Assembly: GCF_006345805.1 (NCBI RefSeq)
Contig: NW_021828011.1
Location: 1-9,291 of the forward strand
DNA: 9,291 bases
Direction: 5' to 3'
From: Octopus sinensis
Taxonomy: Eukaryota
The position numbers and the translations under genes were made by a program. The notes under the pieces were generated by a model. That model searched no databases. It saw only the letters and a list, made by a program, of their open reading frames with translations, and had not been told where the DNA came from. Below are positions 7,819 to 9,291 of the stretch, in pieces (position 1 is the first letter of the stretch; the number at the start of each line of letters is the position of its first letter).

Positions 7819-7880
7819 GGCATATATGTATGTACACACACACACGTGTATGTGTGTGTGGGGGGCTGTATGTATGCATG
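7741..7880. repeat. (TA)n followed by (CA)n/(TG)n microsatellites
   Basis: Read directly from the sequence. Confidence 0.92.
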
Positions 7881-8531
7881 CTGTTTATATCTTCGTAACT
7901 GAACAGCTAGCGTTTAATATTAACGCTTGCATCCAATCCGTACCCCCATAACCAGTGGAACACTTTGAAATTTATACTAAAACTACACAGTTGTAAGCAA
8001 TCCCAATGCTCTCTCGATCAAATAAATATACATACCGATAACTTCTGTATAACATCTACCTCAAAGATTTACTATTCAGAGCTCAATTCCTCGTAAAATT
8101 TATTACAAGGTTAAATTTGGATTTTATGAGAAAAATTCGACCGATAGCAGCAGAATTGTTATGGTATTCTAAACTACAAAAACCTTTCTAATTTATTAAA
8201 TAATTTGATTGCAAAGTGCAATATTCTCTGCAGCGGTTTACTGAATCAGGAATCAGGTTTTTCAGATTTTCTCTTGCGTAACCGGTGACCAATTCATTGG
8301 TTGAATAAATGGCAAGAACCGAATCTTTAAGTTTAGAGTTATGTATCCGGACTGTTTCCATAGTAACAAAGCTAAAGCACGCAGAGTGAAGCCGCTTGGC
8401 AAACATTGTTTTTGATATCTATTGCGCATGCTCACTAAGGTTTAACGTTCTAGCTCACTTTCACTGTTTATAGCAGTGCTTGGAAGGAAAGTGTGTTGCC
8501 TGTGATCAGAGAAAGCTGTCATGATGTTACC

Positions 8532-8926
8532 TGCTCAGAGGCCTAAGCAAAGCTGCAGAAAGTGTATGGAGAAGAGTGTATGAGCCGTACACATAAGTGT
8601 ACGATTGGTTCAGACGTTTCCAAGATGGCCGAAAAAATGTCGATATTGACGACATATCTGGGAGACCCGCAATCAGCAGAACTGAGAAAAACATCGCAGA
8701 TGTGCGTGTAGCTGTGAGGGGAAATCGTCTAATCACCATCCTGAGTTATCAGAGGGTGGTGCAGATTAGTTACGGTTCAGTCAGTCCATTATTAGAAGAT
8801 TGGCTATGAGATACGTGTCTGCCAAGTTTGTGCCAATAACTACTTTCAGCTGACTGAAAAGACACTTGGGTTTCAGTTAGACAAGATTTCCTTGACTGTG
8901 TCGAGAACGATGAAACCTTTTGAAAA
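8532..8926 (+). pseudogene. Mariner transposase N-terminal DNA-binding (HTH) region remnant, no catalytic DD34D domain
   Basis: Translation across frameshifts gives KLQKVYGEECMSRT, VYDWFRRFQDGRKNVDIDDISGRP, NRLITI, ISYGSV, MRYVSAKFVP (8821-8835 = AKFVP, equivalent of the WVPHEL linker) and QDFLDCVENDETF, with stops and indels. Confidence 0.88.
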
Positions 8927-9006
8927 CTTTGCGTAGGCCTCTGAGTAAGCATCGTCAAGCTTTTGGCAAAATTTGATGCAGATTCTCTGCTCGATTTCTC
9001 TGTCAT
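8927..9006 (-). pseudogene. Inverted duplicate of the mariner transposase start
   Basis: Minus strand reads MTEK, then a frameshift into IEQRICIKFCQKLDDAYSEAYAK, the typical mariner N-terminus. It overlaps the plus-strand remnant motif SEA.AK. Confidence 0.8.
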
Positions 9007-9291
9007 GGTCAATGCGACGATCTCACGCTACACACGTTCCTTCCAAGCATTGCTGTAAACATAGAGGTAAGCTAGAACGTCAAAAACCTAGTGCGCGCAT
9101 TCACAGGGTTTCAAGGTTGATCTATGTCAAAGCAGCTTCACACTGCGTTCTATAGCTTCGTTACTATAGCAACAATCCTGATACTTATAACCACACACAT
9201 CACTCACACACACAACACAATATTTATATATAGATATAGATAGATAATACAGCCATACACCACACGCACACGCAGACATAATATACAATAT

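Larger units (their letters stand above)
8343..9200 (+). mobile_element. Non-autonomous mariner (Tc1/mariner) derivative with very long inverted arms
   Basis: Left arm ~8343-8562 is the diverged reverse complement of ~8918-9184, e.g. GTATCCGGACTGTTTCCATAGTAACAAAGCTA vs GTATCAGGATTGTTGCTATAGTAACGAAGCTA, and GCTTGGAAGGAA in both. A transposase N-terminal remnant lies between the arms. Confidence 0.88.

Noticed and set aside
7835-7930. (CA)n-CGTG-(TG)n hairpin and short palindrome AGCGTT..AACGCT (7909-7927)
   Set aside because: Short or microsatellite-derived, and expected by chance in this composition.
1-9291. Prokaryotic-type systems (CRISPR array, retron, group II intron, operon) suggested by the RT plus nuclease
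   Set aside because: No repeat-spacer array or operon structure. The RT has non-LTR R4/Dong signatures and the context is a eukaryotic repeat landscape.

Overview
AT-rich, repeat-saturated eukaryotic DNA with no host protein-coding gene that I can support. It is most likely intergenic or intronic sequence from an octopus (coleoid cephalopod), inferred from recalled SINE families and not verified. From left to right: (1) the 3' part of a frameshifted R4/Dong-clade non-LTR retrotransposon (RT YMDD, CCHC knuckle, restriction-like endonuclease) ending in (TAA)n; (2) five near-full-length tRNA-derived SINEs of about four families, two with target-site duplications, plus short retroposon tail fragments; (3) a candidate ~190-bp foldback MITE; (4) a cryptic, diverged three-copy tandem repeat (units ~240-385 bp) interrupted by a SINE; (5) an unclassified ~480-bp island between TA tracts; (6) a palindromic mariner derivative whose catalytic half is replaced by an inverted copy of its own 5' end. 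Microsatellites fill most of the rest and account for most entries in the ORF track. I see no evidence for a new multi-gene system. The most unusual structures are the foldback mariner, the cryptic repeat array and the modular and inverted SINEs.
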